44,351 bases of DNA. Origin: Chiloscyllium plagiosum. Its lineage: Eukaryota. Within the stretch, counting starts at the first letter, position 1. Each line of letters starts with the position of its first letter. The notes beneath the pieces were generated by a model that was given only the letters and a program-made list of their open reading frames with translations, had not been told where the DNA came from and did no database searches. A program made the translations under genes and the position numbers. The stretch lies in contig NC_057718.1 in assembly GCF_004010195.1 (NCBI RefSeq), positions 56,867,166 through 56,911,516 of the forward strand. The letters are read 5' to 3'. Positions 1 through 11,243 of this stretch are shown here, one piece after another.

Positions 1-354
1 ACTAAATGACTGCGATTGTTGTTGGCACGGAGTTCTTCAGGAGGATTTCAAAACTGATATTTTGTGGCGCCTCATTATAAAACACACAGAATTCTCTGCT
101 CACCATTTATCAAGTGAAGATTGATTTTCGGTAACCTACAAAATTTAAGTTATAACTGTTCACCTGATGTGAATAACTACAAATTGATAACATGTAAAGC
201 ACACGTTAACATAGATGACTGCTGCTGCCTTCGAAAGGAATATAGCAAACTATAAAAAGGAAGAGTACTTTCAATACTATAACCAGAGGCTTCAGTTTGC
301 AATTAATAACGGCACATTTTGTTAAGCCAAGTGATATCACAATTCACACTTACT

Positions 355-720
355 CCTATTTCCAAGCGTGATCCACTTTTGAGAGGGCTTGACAGAATAA
401 ATGCTGAACGTTTGACTCCTTGTGGAGAGACTAGGACTGGAGGACATAATCTCAGAATAATGCGTCACCCATTTAAGGAAGAAATTAAATGGAATTTATG
501 GCAGTAAATTTGTGGCATTCGGGGTCGTTAAGCATATTCAAGGCTGACACAGTCAATTTTTTTTTTAAATCAGTAAGGGAATAGTGTGTTATGGAGATAA
601 GGCAGGAAAATGGAGTTGAAGATCATCAGATCAACCATCATCTAACTAAATGGGTGGAGTAGAACTGGTGGATGGAATGGGCTACTTCTGCTCCTACACA
701 TTATGACTATCTTATGATAT
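355..720 (+). mobile_element. Degraded CR1-clade LINE 3' end
   Basis: LRGLDRINAERL..GETRTGGHNLRI resembles the CR1 ORF2 C-terminus, followed by a tail-like 'gaatgggctacttctgctccta'. Boundaries approximate. Confidence 0.75.
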
Positions 721-1119
721 TACTGCTTTAGCCACTGATGAACTGAGACAGAGGTGATGCTGCGGAGGTGGAAATAGGTGGGCCTAGTTCATGGCATGAA
801 ATGAGGTCAAAAATAAGGTTCAAACGTGACATCAAGGTTGCAAACACTCTTGACACGGTCCTAACCAATGATGTACGATCAAGCAATTTTAATAGTTATG
901 GGGCAGTTGACAGGGCTGTTCCTTGTCACCATTGCTTTTCACACTAGTGATCAAACCTGCTGGTGAAGGCAATATGCAGGGATCCCAATTAACCACTCCA
1001 GAAGTGGGGACTTAGTCACATAAGATTGCACTGTATGAGGATGACATTCTCGTCTTCTTATCAACCCCAACAGTCTTAGTGCTACACCTAATACAATGTA
1101 TCAATCTATTTGGTGGCTT

Positions 1120-1364
1120 ATCAAGTCATAGAGATGTACAGCATGGAAACAGACCCTTCGGTCCAACCCGTCCAGGCCGACCAGATATCCCAACCCAATC
1201 TAGTCCCACCTGCCAGCACCCGGCCCATATCCCTCCAAATCCTTCCTATTCCATATACCCATCCAAATGCCTTTTAAATGTTGCAATTGTACCAGCCTCC
1301 ACCACTTCCTCTGGCAGCTCATTCCATACACGCACCACCCTCTACGTGAAAAAGTTGCCCCTTA
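1120..1364 (-). mobile_element. Short CR1/HER1-type LINE 3' tail inserted into L1
   Basis: Near-identical to 17236-17477. Candidate TSD GGCTT at 1115-1119 and 1365-1369. The L1 reading resumes after it. Confidence 0.88.
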
Positions 1365-1487
1365 GGCTTCTTGGGTTATAAGATCAGTTTTGCGAAGTCA
1401 GAGGCCATGCCCATGGGTGGTCTCCCGAGAGTGCCAGATCCTGAGGACGGATCTTGGTTCCCTTTTAGAGAGCTTTCTCCACTTATG

Positions 1488-1592
1488 ATTTGGAGATGCC
1501 ATTGTTGGACTGATGAAGGAGCGTCGCTCCGAAAGCTAGTGTACTTCCGATTAAACCTGTTGGACTATAACCTGTTGTTGTCTGATTTTTAA
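1488..1592 (+). mobile_element. Short Penelope-derived insert with hammerhead-like core
   Basis: 15-bp TSD CTTTCTCCAC(T/A)TATG at 1473-1487 and 1593-1607. CTGATGA-A-GGAGC-gtc-GCTCC-GAAA-GCTA at 1510-1538. Confidence 0.75.
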
Positions 1593-1894
1593 CTTTCTCC
1601 ACATATGTATATTTATTACTCCTATTTTTGATCGGCTATTTAAAACCAATTTTGCCCATTTATTCGATAGAATCAAGCAGGACCTTTGTAGATGGGTGGC
1701 ACTTCCGATCTCTTGTTTAGATCAGATAGCCCTCATCAAAATGAGTATTCTGCCCCACCTGTTGTATCCTATGCGAATGCTTCCTCTACTTTTTACTAAG
1801 CAAATATTTAGAAGACTTAGCAGCTGGTTTAATTCTTTTATCTGGTATTGCAAGTGGCCTCTAATTAAATTGACTAAATTGCAGTTACCTTACA

Positions 1895-1939
1895 CGAAGG
1901 GTCTGTTTCCATGCTGTACATCTCTATGACTCTATGACT
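1895..1939 (+). mobile_element. 45-nt extreme 3' tail of CR1/HER1 LINE
   Basis: cgaagggtctgtttccatgctgtacatctctatgactctatgact with the (CTATGACT)n tail, interrupting L1 ORF2. Confidence 0.8.
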
Positions 1940-3123
1940 GGGACAAATGGGCCTCCCAGATATAAAAAGCTACCAGTTAAGCTCGTTGCTATCTTATGTG
2001 AATGATTGAGCCCGGGGGGCCCTTACTCACTTTGGTTGGACATTGAAGCATCTCAGGCAGGATGCCCCCTTATTAGCGTGCTGTTCTTAGACAAAATATG
2101 AGAACAGTTAAGGAATATTGCCATAGCCCAATAGTCATCAATACTATCAAGGCATGGAGGGCAATGCGTCAGGGTGAGGGCAATATTGCCAAAACATTAT
2201 TTTTGATACCCATAGTTGGTATGAGGGCTTTCAGCCAAGGATGATGGACTCTAGGTTTAAACAATGGGCAGCTAGGGGTGTGTCTTGCCTGGGTGATTTA
2301 TTCAAAAGGGACATATCGATGTCCTCTGACCAGTTGGCTCAGAAATATGAGTTGCCCAGTAGGGACCTCTTTTGTTTTTTTCAAATTATAAACTTCATAC
2401 AAAAAGAGACCGCACTTCCAACTGACCCTTATTGGGCCGACACGGAGAAGAGGGTGTTGAGTGCTGAGGATACATTATCTGTTAGCAACGCTTATCATCT
2501 ATTGGGAGAGGGTCCCTCGGACAAGACCGAACAGCTCTAAGGTATGGGAGAGGGGTTGCACGTTGAGATTTCTTCTCAAATATGGGAGGATATCTGGGAA
2601 AATGCAAGAAGGATCTCAATTTGCAACAGGACCCACGCCTTGCAATTAAAGGTTCTTCACAGAGTCCATCTGATCCCAGACCGCCTCACTAAATTTAAAG
2701 TGAGAGCATCTCCAATGTGTCCTAAACGTAAAGTGAGCATGTGCACGCTTAACTCATTGTCTTTGATCCTGCCACAACAGCAGGCATTCTGGAATGCTGT
2801 GGTAGGCAAAATAGAGAAGGCCTTGGGGATGGAGGCAGAGATTGTCCCGTTTTCTCTTCTTCTGGGCTTTGTTAATTCACTTTCATTAGATACACATTTT
2901 AAAAAAAGGCTTTTCAGTATCCTCACTTTTTGTGCCAAAAGAACATTTTATTAGGGAGGTGTCGGAAAATTCCCTGAAGCTGGTCGGCTGGCGTAAGTTA
3001 GTCATGGAGCACATTCCCTTGGACTTTCTTATGAGTATGGTGCACCATAAAACTGAGAATTTCTATAAGATGTGACAGCCCTTTTTGGACTAACTGGGCA
3101 CAGATTTGTCAGCCATACTAATA

Positions 3124-3415
3124 AGAGCTGGAAATGTGATGCTGGAAAAGCGCAGCAGGTCAGGCAGCATCCAGGGAACAGGAGAATCGACGTTTCGGGC
3201 ATAAGCCCTTCTTCAGGAATGGGGAAAGTTTGTCCAGCAGGCTAAGATAAAAGGTAGGGAGGAGGGACTTGGGAGAGGGGCGTCGGAAATGTGATAGGTG
3301 GAAAGAGGTCAAGGTGAGGGTGATAGGTCAGACTGGGGTGGGGGCGGAGAGGTCGGGAAGAAGATCTCAGGTTAGGAAGGCGGTGCTAAATTTTTCCAGC
3401 AGGCTAAGATAAAAG
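3124..3415 (-). mobile_element. Penelope-like element terminal repeat fragment
   Basis: 3124-3220 is the reverse complement of 16088-16188 with a few changes. Contains a hammerhead core and a purine-rich tract. Confidence 0.8.
3189..3216 (-). ncRNA. Minimal type I hammerhead ribozyme core (Penelope-type)
   Basis: Minus strand reads CUGAAGA-A-GGGC-uuau-GCCC-GAAA-CGUC: conserved core, perfect 4-bp stem II, palindromic ACGU stem III, GUC cleavage triplet. Stem I is weak. Confidence 0.7.
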
Positions 3416-3682
3416 TATAGGCCACCAAATAATATCACATTGGGACGGACAACAAACACAGAAATAACTAATGCCTGTAAAAACAGTATGACTATTATCA
3501 TGGGGGATTTTAATTTATATGTAGGTTGGTTGAACCAGTTTGGTCAGGCAAGCCTTGAGGAGGATTTCATCGAGTGCACCCATGACAGTTTTCCTGAACA
3601 GTATGTAATGGAAGCAATGAGAGAGCAAGCCATCATTGATCTGGTCCTGTATAATGAGACAGGAATAATTAATGACCTCAAA
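3416..3682 (+). mobile_element. CR1 LINE endonuclease fragment
   Basis: YRPPN...TIIMGDFNL..W...EQYVME..REQAIIDLVL, APE-type motifs homologous to 42630-42880. Confidence 0.8.
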
Positions 3683-3684
3683 AT

Positions 3685-3753
3685 GGGGAGGGGAGGGTAC
3701 AGAATGCTGATAGGGGAGGGGAGGGTACGGAATGCTGATAGGGGAGGGGAGGG
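3685..3753. repeat. 28-bp G-rich minisatellite, ~2.5 copies
   Basis: GGGGAGGGGAGGGTAC(A/G)GAATGCTGATA at 3685-3712 and 3713-3740, partial copy at 3741-3753. Confidence 0.9.
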
Positions 3754-4379
3754 AGCCTCTATATGCCATGGCAATTCTATGTAATGAATCTGGTATCCAC
3801 AGGGGAGGAACTACAAACATACATAAAAACATTTGCACTCGATGATCAAGGGCTAATACTTTGTTTTGCTGAGCTGTGTTACACTTATTATCATTTTTAT
3901 TACTGTTAAGATATTTCTTTTTTAGCTGAGTTATTAGTTGATATTTATTTACGCAATTAGCAAGTTTTTTTAAATATTAATTTGAATTGTTTGGTTTTGT
4001 ATTTTTGTAATATTCAAAAACAATTTCCTTTTTTCGAATAAAAATATATTTTAAAAGAAAAGTTGCAAGTAAACAGGTTCCATTTCAGACAATTGCCAGG
4101 AGGGATAAAATTGGAAAGTTGATAGATAACAATAACTTTAGTTATTGCAATATATATTTTAAGGAAAGTTTTGCTCTTCAAATAAGCAGCCTGCTGCATC
4201 AGATGCAAAGAAAAGACTCCATTTACAAAACAAAATCTGTTCAACATATTGTCAACATATCTAGATTTGTTGCAAATATTTAATGGTAAGCTATGTATCT
4301 AAAAACAGCAAGCTTAACTTATGCAAGGCAGATAACATTTAAAAGAAAATTCATAGATTGAGGCATTGATGATTACGCC

Positions 4380-4661
4380 TGCCTTCGTTGCCTATCCTTA
4401 ATTGCTCACAGGGCAGTTAAGATTAGTCACATTGTTGTGGGTCTGAAGTGCATGTAGGCTTGACCAGGTGAGGGTGGAAGATTTCCTTTAGTGAACTGGA
4501 TCAATTTTCCCAACAGTTGTCAATGGTTTTATGGTCATCATTAGACTCGTAATTCCAGATTTTTATTGAAATCAAATCTGGATTTCAAGCCAGGTCCCAG
4601 AACATTACCTGGGTCTTGTAGTAACAGTCCAGTGATAATACCACTAGATCACTGCCTCCCC
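4380..4661 (-). mobile_element. Degraded tRNA-derived SINE
   Basis: Minus strand begins GGGGAGGCAGTGATCTAGTGGT (A-box-like) with a degenerate B box. Its tail resembles the LINE tail near 18170-18200. Confidence 0.6.
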
Positions 4662-4974
4662 TGAAATAGAGGCTTGTATCACAAGCCATGAGAATCTCCT
4701 AGGACTACTTTGCCTTTCTGGATTGGAGAAAAATGTCACGTTTCACTTTGTACACTCAGTGTACACTTGTCCCAAATTAGCTTGAGGAATTTAATTTGGA
4801 CTCTTTTAGGAGATAATATTAGAGCAGTGGGCTGAGGCAAAAAGGGGGTTAGATAGGTAAGCATGACAATATGTTGAAGTGTGTCAGTTTAACTGTCAGG
4901 ATGGAACTGTTTCAACAGTATTTTTATTGCCCTTTTTCTAAGTTCACACCATATTTCAATAACACATTTAATAC

Positions 4975-5159
4975 CTTTTTTTTAAGTCTCTGGTTTTCCT
5001 TTTCTAGCTCCAGGATCTTAAAATTACTGCCATCTGTGGAATCCATGACATTGCGAAGTTCATCCACAGTTTTGAGCAGAAATTGATTTTCTTTCTCCAT
5101 CTTAAGCAAACGACTTGAGGTCAACTCATTCACTTCCTGGCTCAGAGATTTGTGTGCCC
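4975..5159 (-). CDS. CCDC88A: CCDC88A coding exon (~exon 13), 185 nt
   Basis: tttgcag| acceptor and |gtatta donor. Phase-1 start, (G)AHKSLSQEVNELTSSRLLKMEKENQFLLKTVDELRNVMDSTDGSNFKILELEKENQRLKKK. EVNELTSSRLLK fits Girdin better than its paralog Daple as recalled. Confidence 0.95.
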
Positions 5160-5469
5160 CTGCAAACAATTAAAAACAAAATGGGGCAAAATTATGTATT
5201 CACATATCAATGAAGAATTGCCCATAGCTTTTACAGCCACAAAACAGTAATCCCAATATTAATAGTCTAATTTAGCTAATCAAAGTTAGTATACTAGAAA
5301 TGAATTTCAATTCAATCAACTGAATAAGTACTCTGACCATTAATCTTAAAACCTACATATATTCTAATTGTTTCAGTGTATATCGTATAAATAGTTCAAG
5401 TATCAGGCAATATCATTAAATGTTTTATCATTACTTTCCCTAAAGTAAATTTCTCCATTAAAGCACATA

Positions 5470-6600
5470 CGACTGTGAATAGCATAATGACATGGATAGA
5501 GAACTGGCCAGCAGACAAGAAATGAAGAGTAGGAAGAAACAGGTAATTTTCCAAGTGGCAGCTCGTGACAAGTGGGAGTACCACAGGGTTTATTGATTGG
5601 ACACAAGCTAATCACAATATGTATTAAATGGTATATTAATAATGAGGGAACTAAACACAATATCTCCAAGTCAGCAGAAAACAAAACTGGGTAGGAGGGT
5701 GAATTGAGAGGAGGATGCAGACATACTTCAATGTGATTTGGACAAGTTGAGTACAAGCAAATGCACGGTGGATGAAGTACAAGATGGATAAATGTGAGGT
5801 TATGCTCTTTAGTAGCACACACAGGAAGGGGGTCACTTATCTGAATGGGGATAGATTGGGAAAGGGGAGAGGTACAATGAGACCCGGGTGTCATTGTACA
5901 CCAGTCACTGAAAGCAAGCATAAAAGTGCAACGGGCAGTGAAGGCAGCAAACGGTATGTTGGCCTTCATAGTGAGAGAATTAGTACAGGAGCAGGAATAT
6001 CTTGCTGCAATTGCACATGATCTTGGTGAGACCACACCAGTGTAGTGTGTGCTGATACAGTCCCCTTATCAGAGGATGGATACTCTAGTTTGAGGGAGTG
6101 CAGCAAAGGTTTAGCAGACCGTTGAGGGATGGCAGGCCTATGTCTAATGAGAATCAGTTACACTTTTAGTTTGTGTGCGCGCACACGTGCGCGTGTGGGC
6201 GGTAATGCGTGCGCACGCACGAACACTTGCATATGAAATCTATAAATTTCCAACAGGACTGAACAGGGTTAATCCAGGAAGGAGTTCCTGATGACCAGAA
6301 TTACAGAACCAGGGTCACAAGCTAAGGGTATGGCATTAGGTCATTTAGGTCTGAATGAAGCGAAATTTCTTCTCCCAAACAGTGGTGAAATCTGTGGAAT
6401 TCACTACCACAAAAACGGGATTGAGGCCAAAACGAAATGTTTTCAAGGTGTTAGATATAGGTCTTAGAGCTAAGAGGATCAAAAAGGTACAGAGCAAAAG
6501 CAGGAACAGTATACGGAGTAAGGTGATCAGCCATGTTCATACGGAAAGGTAGAACAAGCTTGAAGGGTTAAATGGCCTACTACTGTTCTATGTTCTACAG
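5470..6600 (+). mobile_element. Degraded CR1 LINE 3' portion (RT to tail)
   Basis: VTSGVPQG-like and MKY.MDKCEVM.F motifs, MKRNFFSQ.VV, and a tail 'gaagggttaaatggcctactactgttctatgttcta'. Confidence 0.8.
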
Positions 6601-7719
6601 CTTTGATTGACAGCAAACTTGCTTCCACCAATTCGGCACTAAATCCAAATCACTGGAACCTGTGTAAGTGCCACCCAGAACCAAATTTCCATTTCTCCTT
6701 CACTGTTGTTTTTCTGTAGTCGGGTAGTTATAAATTGAGAACTGAATGGTCCAAGGGATCACTGACACAAGTGCATCAGTCTACGAAGTCATGAATTGCA
6801 TTCCAATGGACTACCCCATTGCAATCCTTGTTTCCTTCAATTTCTAATATTTAGGTAACGTATTCAAAAAGTAAATATTGCAAATGCTGGAAACGAAGCA
6901 AATCAGGCAGCATCTATGAAGAGAGAAACACAGTTAATATGATTCAGGAATCCTATTTAGTTCTAAGAAAGTAGTGAAGGGGTGAGTGCAAAAGCACAGA
7001 AATGGAACATGCACAGTCGAGAGCCTTGTCATCCACAAGGAAAGTAAAACATATTCATTGACAAAACAAATGAAGGCCTCAGTTAAAGAAAGATGGGGTA
7101 AGAAACAAAAGATGTTTGTAGAGTGTATGCTAATGGCAGAATCATTAAATAAAGCTGTGACCCAAAACAAAATAGGGACAAAGAAATAGTCTGAAATTCT
7201 TCAATTTAATGTTCAGTCCAAAAGTTTGTCAAATTCCTAATCAAAAAGAAGTGCTGCTCCTTTAACTTACAAGCAATAAAATGTCATCTGCTTTCACACA
7301 TTCACAAACACACTCCAAAGGTCTCAAAGCATTGGAGCTGCTCTCCTTTTACAGACAACTTTAAGTACTAGAGAACATGGACTTATATTGCTTAGGTGAT
7401 TTGCATGGTGGAGGCCAGGCAAAGCAAAAAGTTGGCCTGCCCCATTTATAATATCCCACTGCTCTTTGTGATATGGCTTGTGATACATACACCTGCAAAA
7501 GGTGCAATATGTCACAGATTCACATACAGAACATTGCCTTGCCGTACTTCTGAAAGGTCTCCATACCATAGCACATAGCCTATGGTAATGTTTCATTTCT
7601 CTTTTGTGCAACTGCTCAGGAATCCCATCACTGAAAGCTGCACTGTTTCTGATATTCTCCACATAGAATCAGTGTACATATTGCAAATGGATCCAGCAAT
7701 GACAGGTGCTACCACGATC

Positions 7720-10450
7720 ATCACTGTCGTAAATAAACAATGCAGAAGTCAGGAGTTAAAAAGGCATCAGCAAGCCTAGCATCTATACAGCCACCAGAGG
7801 GAGAAGCCTATCAGGATATTGAGGACGACAGCCAGAATATCCTATCCTCACTATAATTTCCTCCAATGACCAAAGTACACTGGAAGTGGAGGCTGAGGAT
7901 GTCCTGAGAATACTGTAATGAAACTCTGCCATTTGATGCAGCAGGACTTGTACTCTGAAGGAGAAAGAGGTTATCCCATCCTGATGGCGATAAAGGTAAC
8001 AGCAGCACTTAAGTTTAATGCTGGCTCGTTCAAAGGATCCTCCAGAGGTCTCTGCGGAACCTCCCAATTTTCAATCCACAGATGGATTAGGATGTTACAA
8101 ATGCACTTTGTCCAAGTTCTCTCATTGTCATCTGTTACTCGTGACAAGGTCAGTGTCCAAGTCCAGGCAGTTAATTTTTCCAATATCACTGCTTTCACAC
8201 AGAAGGTAACCCCATGATGTTGGCCATTAATAACTTGGTGCAAACGCACAAACACAGTCACTAGAGCAGCAGTTAGGTTTGTTGGGAGACACTGGATAGA
8301 CTGGATTGAAGGTTGGAGGAGTCAACCAACGTTATCAGTATTATGCGAGCTCTGGCATCTGACCATGGGCAGGGTGGTAGCTGCCATGCAAGTCCAATAG
8401 AGTGCTTAGTGGCTACTGAAAATGCTTACAGACCTGCACTCCAGCTACTGGTGCACAGCATCAATGGCAGGGCAAGAGGGGAACACTGAACGTTGACCTC
8501 ACTCACAGTGCCCTTCCGCTGAAAGAGAAAGTGGCAGCAGGTACCCGACAGAGGAGGAACTACAGGCAGGGGTCCTAAAAGGATTCAACTCAGGTCAGTC
8601 CGGATGTGCCTGGATTCTCTAACTCAATCCTGCCTGCAAACTTCAATCCCATGGAAGTTGCAGATGAGGGTGAGCCAGCATCTGAACAGGATACCCTCAG
8701 CAGATGTGGGCTCTTAGCCACAAACATACCCTGGACAGTCCACTCATATCTTTGAGGCTATTATAAAGGATGTTCCTTTCATGTAGTAGTGAGATGACAA
8801 GGAAAAAGAAAGGGATGTAACAGGTGCTTAGTCTTAGGCAGCCCTCTGAATGCCAGTGACCTGAGGCATTTCTCCTCGACCAGTTGCAGAGACATGCCAG
8901 TAATGCGTTCAACAGAATGTGCTCCTGAATTTAGAAAGCTCTGGGGTAGAAGTTTCTGAGCTGGCAGAGGGTGCAGGCAAAAACCTTGCCTGTGCATCCT
9001 CCGAGAGATCTGTGGTTTCTTCCTCAGAGGCAGAAGAGGATTTGATGGGTAAAGGACCTGTGCCCTCTGGACTGAAGGCTGTGTGGTGCTGCTGATCCTT
9101 GCATAAGAGAGACCATTTATTGTGTGGCAAGGGTGAAAGCTTGAATATCTTAAGAATATGTTGACAGTGGTGGTGGTAGGTGACAGCATGGCACAGAGCA
9201 ATAAAGCTGGTTTGATTGCCTAGATATGGAAATCATAACATTCCCACTTGAGCAGCCATAGTTCCCTCCAGGCATTTTGAAACATTCTCATCAAAGAGAC
9301 CGAATATTCTCCTGTTGCTCAGCCTGCCCTGGTGTACAACAGTTTGTCCTGCAATGCAACAAAAAAAAAAGAACTGTGTGGGATGTAAGTAGTTGGAAGA
9401 GCTCAGCAGTGGTGCAGGAGCAGGAAAGGTGAGTAGGACATATATTTTCAGAGGATAAGGTAATAACAGCCATTAGTGGTGATGCTACATGCAAAAGTTA
9501 GAGTTGTAATCCATTAGCCAAAATCTGTGCAGTGGCATGGTTAGAATAATGGTGAGGTAGCACAGAGAAGACTGTGGCACTTACCTTTGCAAAGCATTAA
9601 ACATTGTTAAACTTCCTGTGACACTGATGGGTTTCTCTTTTCACCCTGGAAACTACATTGACCACAGGCTATCTCCACTGAGGCTGGATGCATCTAGTGG
9701 TGTGGCCCCTTTTGGCAGTTTTTGGCCTTTGGAGGAAATAGCATTCCTCTACTGTAAACCACTAGGAGTACCTGTTGGAGAAACAAGGTGCCAGCTTCTC
9801 TTACTAGGCATGTGCTTAAGCAATGGTGTCTAAGCACCACAACATTGGGCGGCACGGTGGCCCAGTGGTTAGCACTGCTGCCTCACAGCGCCTGTAGACC
9901 CGGGTTCAATTCCCGACTCAGGCGACTGACTGTGTGGAGTTTGCACATTCTCCCCGTGTCTGCGTGGGTTTCCTCCGGGTGCTCCGGTTTCCTCCCACAG
10001 TCCAAAGATGTGCGGGTCAGGTGAATTGGCCATGCTAAATTGCCCGTAGTGTTAGGTTAAAGGGGTAAAGGTAGGGGTATGGGTGGGTTGCGCTTCGGCG
10101 GGTCGGTGTGGACTTGTTGGGCCGAAGGGCCTGTTTCCACACTGTAAGTAATCTAATCTAATCTAAACATGAAGGGCAGTTTCTGGCTTGCAGCATTTGA
10201 AATAGTGAGCAGCTGGTGTGTGTTAATATGATACCTGTGGGCTAAATGCTAAAAAGTCCCAGTAGTGGTGAGCACCTCCACTTCTGCTGCGACACGACTG
10301 AACAAGAATGAAACCACTGAACCCAGATGTATAATTAATGACGTGAACAGCAGATGATTGAAAAGGAAGAGTCAGTATGGACCATGGCTGTTAACCTTCC
10401 ATGAAACTCCCTGGAAAAATATTTAGCCAAATTATGAGAACATTCAGCCC
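7720..10450. mobile_element. Decayed PIF/Harbinger DNA transposon (transposase on +, Myb/SANT-like gene on -), split by an HE1 SINE
   Basis: LCHLMQQDL...AIKVTAALKFNAGSFKGSSRGLCGTSQFSIHRWIR (7918-8217) matches the HARBI1-type N-terminus. Minus strand ~9590-9700 gives EIA..VNVVSRVKRETHQCHRKFNN followed by a GTAAGT donor. Candidate terminus ...ACATTCAGCCC at 10450. Left boundary uncertain. Confidence 0.7.
9846..10165 (+). mobile_element. HE1-type tRNA-derived SINE (V-SINE), young
   Basis: A box TGGCCCAGTGG and B box GGTTCAATTCC, V-domain core (gtggagtttgcacattctccccgtgtctgcgtgggtttcctccgg), LINE-like tail, (AATCT)n end, candidate TSD AACAT at 9841-9845 and 10166-10170. Confidence 0.92.
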
Positions 10451-10704
10451 ATTAACTCGGTTTCTCTCTTAGGAACTTCTGCAAACCTTGCCAAATATTT
10501 CTAGCATTTTAAGTTAGTATTAGAATGCATGCTCATCCTAGTAACAGCATTGTTAGCAAACTAATATCAATGGAACAGTACAGAACCAAAGTCTCTGATA
10601 AAATGTTTCAAAACTTATTTTCTGGAATGGCTCCAATGAAGTGAACAAATATTACCTGGAAAAAGTATTAATCAACGTAACAAGTTTAACATAACTTCGC
10701 TTAC

Positions 10705-10849
10705 CCTCAGACACTTCAGTGGTCTTGGATAACTGCTCTAGTTCCCAACCCAAATGTAATGATTCATCCATGCTCTGTTTCTGAGCCATTTCAAGGGTGA
10801 GGTTTTCTTCCATTAACTCCTCAATACGCTTTCTATCTGTGTCACGCAC
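10705..10849 (-). CDS. CCDC88A: CCDC88A coding exon (~exon 12), 145 nt
   Basis: caattaag| acceptor and |gtaagc donor. [48 protein letters not shown](G), ending in phase 1. Confidence 0.96.
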
Positions 10850-11243
10850 CTTAATTGAAAAAGCAGACGTCAAACGAATCTAAGTAGCACTTTGTAGTTG
10901 AGGGATAGATTATGAACTAAATTAGAATGTAAAGATGTTTGTACAAAGACGCATTATATTTATAATTAATGAAATATCCATAATACATTTTACAATATGC
11001 ACTTCCTGTCTAGTTTATATATATTATACAGAACATATCCAATTTTTGAGTGGATGAAGTAAAGACACCAATGTGACTAAGATATTATTTTATTAGCAAA
11101 TATTTCATTTATACTACAAATTCATAGAACACACGCCTCTGGTTCAAAGAGGTTCAATTTGCTGACAGGAATTGTCCTTTTCCTGATATTTGTATAATGC
11201 TACTTACGTCACAGTCATCATGCTAGGATATTGTTTTTATTTA

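Larger units (their letters stand above)
850..3123 (+). mobile_element. 5'-truncated L1-clade LINE (3' half of ORF2), frameshifted and interrupted by later insertions
   Basis: Collinear with 22350-24195 (HKI.LY.DD, GYKI.FAKSEAMP, QWAARGVS.LGDLF, WEDIWENARRISICNRT, MCPK.K zinc knuckle). Confidence 0.9.

Noticed and set aside
735..760. CTGATGAA as a hammerhead core
   Set aside because: No stem II or GAAA box follows.
1..4974. Next CCDC88A exon (VEILENEI...-like)
   Set aside because: No matching reading frame with splice sites was found on the minus strand. It probably lies beyond the window start.
5403..6035. 210-aa minus-strand ORF as a novel gene
   Set aside because: It is the antisense frame of a degraded CR1 RT with no independent protein features.
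9846..9925. tRNA gene
   Set aside because: A/B boxes belong to the head of an HE1 SINE followed by the V-domain and LINE tail. The same applies at 40853.
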